Source: the human T2T-CHM13v2.0 reference genome, Homo sapiens
Strand: one strand, 5' to 3'
DNA: 64,000 nt
NCBI RefSeq assembly: GCF_009914755.1
Contig: NC_060933.1
Shown here piece after piece: positions 62,522 to 64,000 of this stretch. Numbering within the stretch: the first letter of the stretch is position 1; the number at the start of each line of letters is the position of its first letter. The notes beneath the pieces were generated by a model that saw only the letters and a program-made list of their open reading frames with translations, had not been told where the DNA came from and ran no database searches. A program made the position numbers and the translations under genes.

Positions 62522-64000
62522 GGAACAAGCAAAATTTTCACGGCTAAAGAAGGGCCTTACATCATGATAAAGCATTCATTTCTTCAAGAAGACGTAACAG
62601 TCCTAAACTTGAATGCATCCAACATCTGTATGAAAATACGTTAAGGCAAAAATGATAAAACTGAAAGAAGAAAGAGACAGAACTTCTATTATATTTAAAG
62701 ACTTTAACATTCCTCTGCCAGTAATTGATACATCAAATGGGAAAAAACTCAGTAAAAATGTAGATATCTCAAACAGCACAATCAATAAACTTTCTAATAA
62801 TAAAGATAATTTCTAATAATTAGACAAAGTTCATAGTTGACATAAAATATTGAACAAAAGAATGCATACTCTTTTGAATTTCCCATGAAAAATTCCCTGG
62901 GATATTTTCTATTCTGTGCCATTAAATACACAACACATTAAAATAATAGATGTTACGTAAAGTATATTCTCATACTGCAATAGACTCAAAAATACTAAGC
63001 CATTTTGAAATTCTACAACACATTTCTAAATAAATCAAATATCAAAGAAGAGGTTTTAAGAATATTTTTAATGAAAATAAAAGAGAAGAGAAATACAACA
63101 TTAACGTTTATAAAATGCACATAAAGCAGTGCTTAGAGGAAAATTTATAGCATTAAATATAAATATTTTCTTTAAAAAACCATCTAGTATAAATAATGTT
63201 AGTTTTTACCATAGGAAACTAAAGAAAAAGCAGAAACTTAATATGAGGCTGGCAGAAGAAAGAAATAATAAAACTAGAACAAAAAGGAAAGCATGAGGTA
63301 TGTATCTGTTCCCTGGTAAATCCTTTACTTAAGGAAGAAATCATAGGAATTCTCAATAACCTTTTCCAGAAAATAGAAAGAGAACATACTTAATTTAATT
63401 AGGCCAGAAGTATCCTAATTCCAAATACAGATAAAAATATTGTACAAAAAGAAAATTATGATACAGTATCTCTCATGAATATAGAAGCAAAAGTCTTTAA
63501 CCAAATATTCAGAAGTTGAATCTAGCATTATGTAAAAATAATATAGTTAACTGGGGTTTCTTATAAAAATGCAAAACTGCTTGAAAAATCATAAACCAAT
63601 ATAATTCTATTAACAAAATAAAAGAATAAAATATCAATAGATGCAGAAAAGCATTCATTAAAATTGATTACCATTCATGATAAAATTATAAAAATTAGAA
63701 ACATGAGAACTTCCTTATCCTAATGAAAGCAATGCCAAAAATCTATAGCTAATATCATCCTTAACTGTGAAATGATTACCATCTACCTTTACAATTGTGA
63801 GCATAACAAGGATATTCACTTTTACTAAGCCTACTCAAAACTATACTTGAAGATCTAACCAGTTCAATACAATAAGAAAAAGTAGTAACAACTACCCAGA
63901 TTAGAAAAATCCCAGATTGCAAAAATATTTCTCAAACTAATAAGCAAGTATACCAAGGTTGTAGGATACATTGTCACTTGCTTTCCTAAAAACCAGCAAT

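Overview
AT-rich, repeat-dense primate genomic DNA. AluY and an L1PA2-like element point to human or another African great ape. I find no intact host protein-coding exon, RNA gene or CpG island, so the window looks intergenic or deep intronic. Most ORFs in the track are L1/Alu remnants or chance ORFs. The one gene-derived feature is a full-length, TSD-flanked processed pseudogene of ARL2BP (BART) on the minus strand (~23816-25842). The rest is layered transposon history: a near full-length L1PA6-like element (31521-37284, minus) with an open, extended ORF0 and an internal ORF2 deletion sealed by a fold-back filler, three to four 5'-inverted L1s, nine Alus, MaLR/ERV LTRs, MER30/MER5A/MER20 DNA transposons, L2/MIR relics and microsatellites. 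The leads most worth checking are the ORF0/antisense-promoter unit facing a downstream 6-nt microexon or recursive-splice-like site (51095-51100), a 26-nt templated insertion copied from 4.4 kb away, the fold-back repair junction, and the retrocopy's apparently ancestral residues. I cannot support a wholly new biological system from sequence alone. Repeat subfamily names come from remembered consensus sequences and need RepeatMasker/Dfam confirmation.
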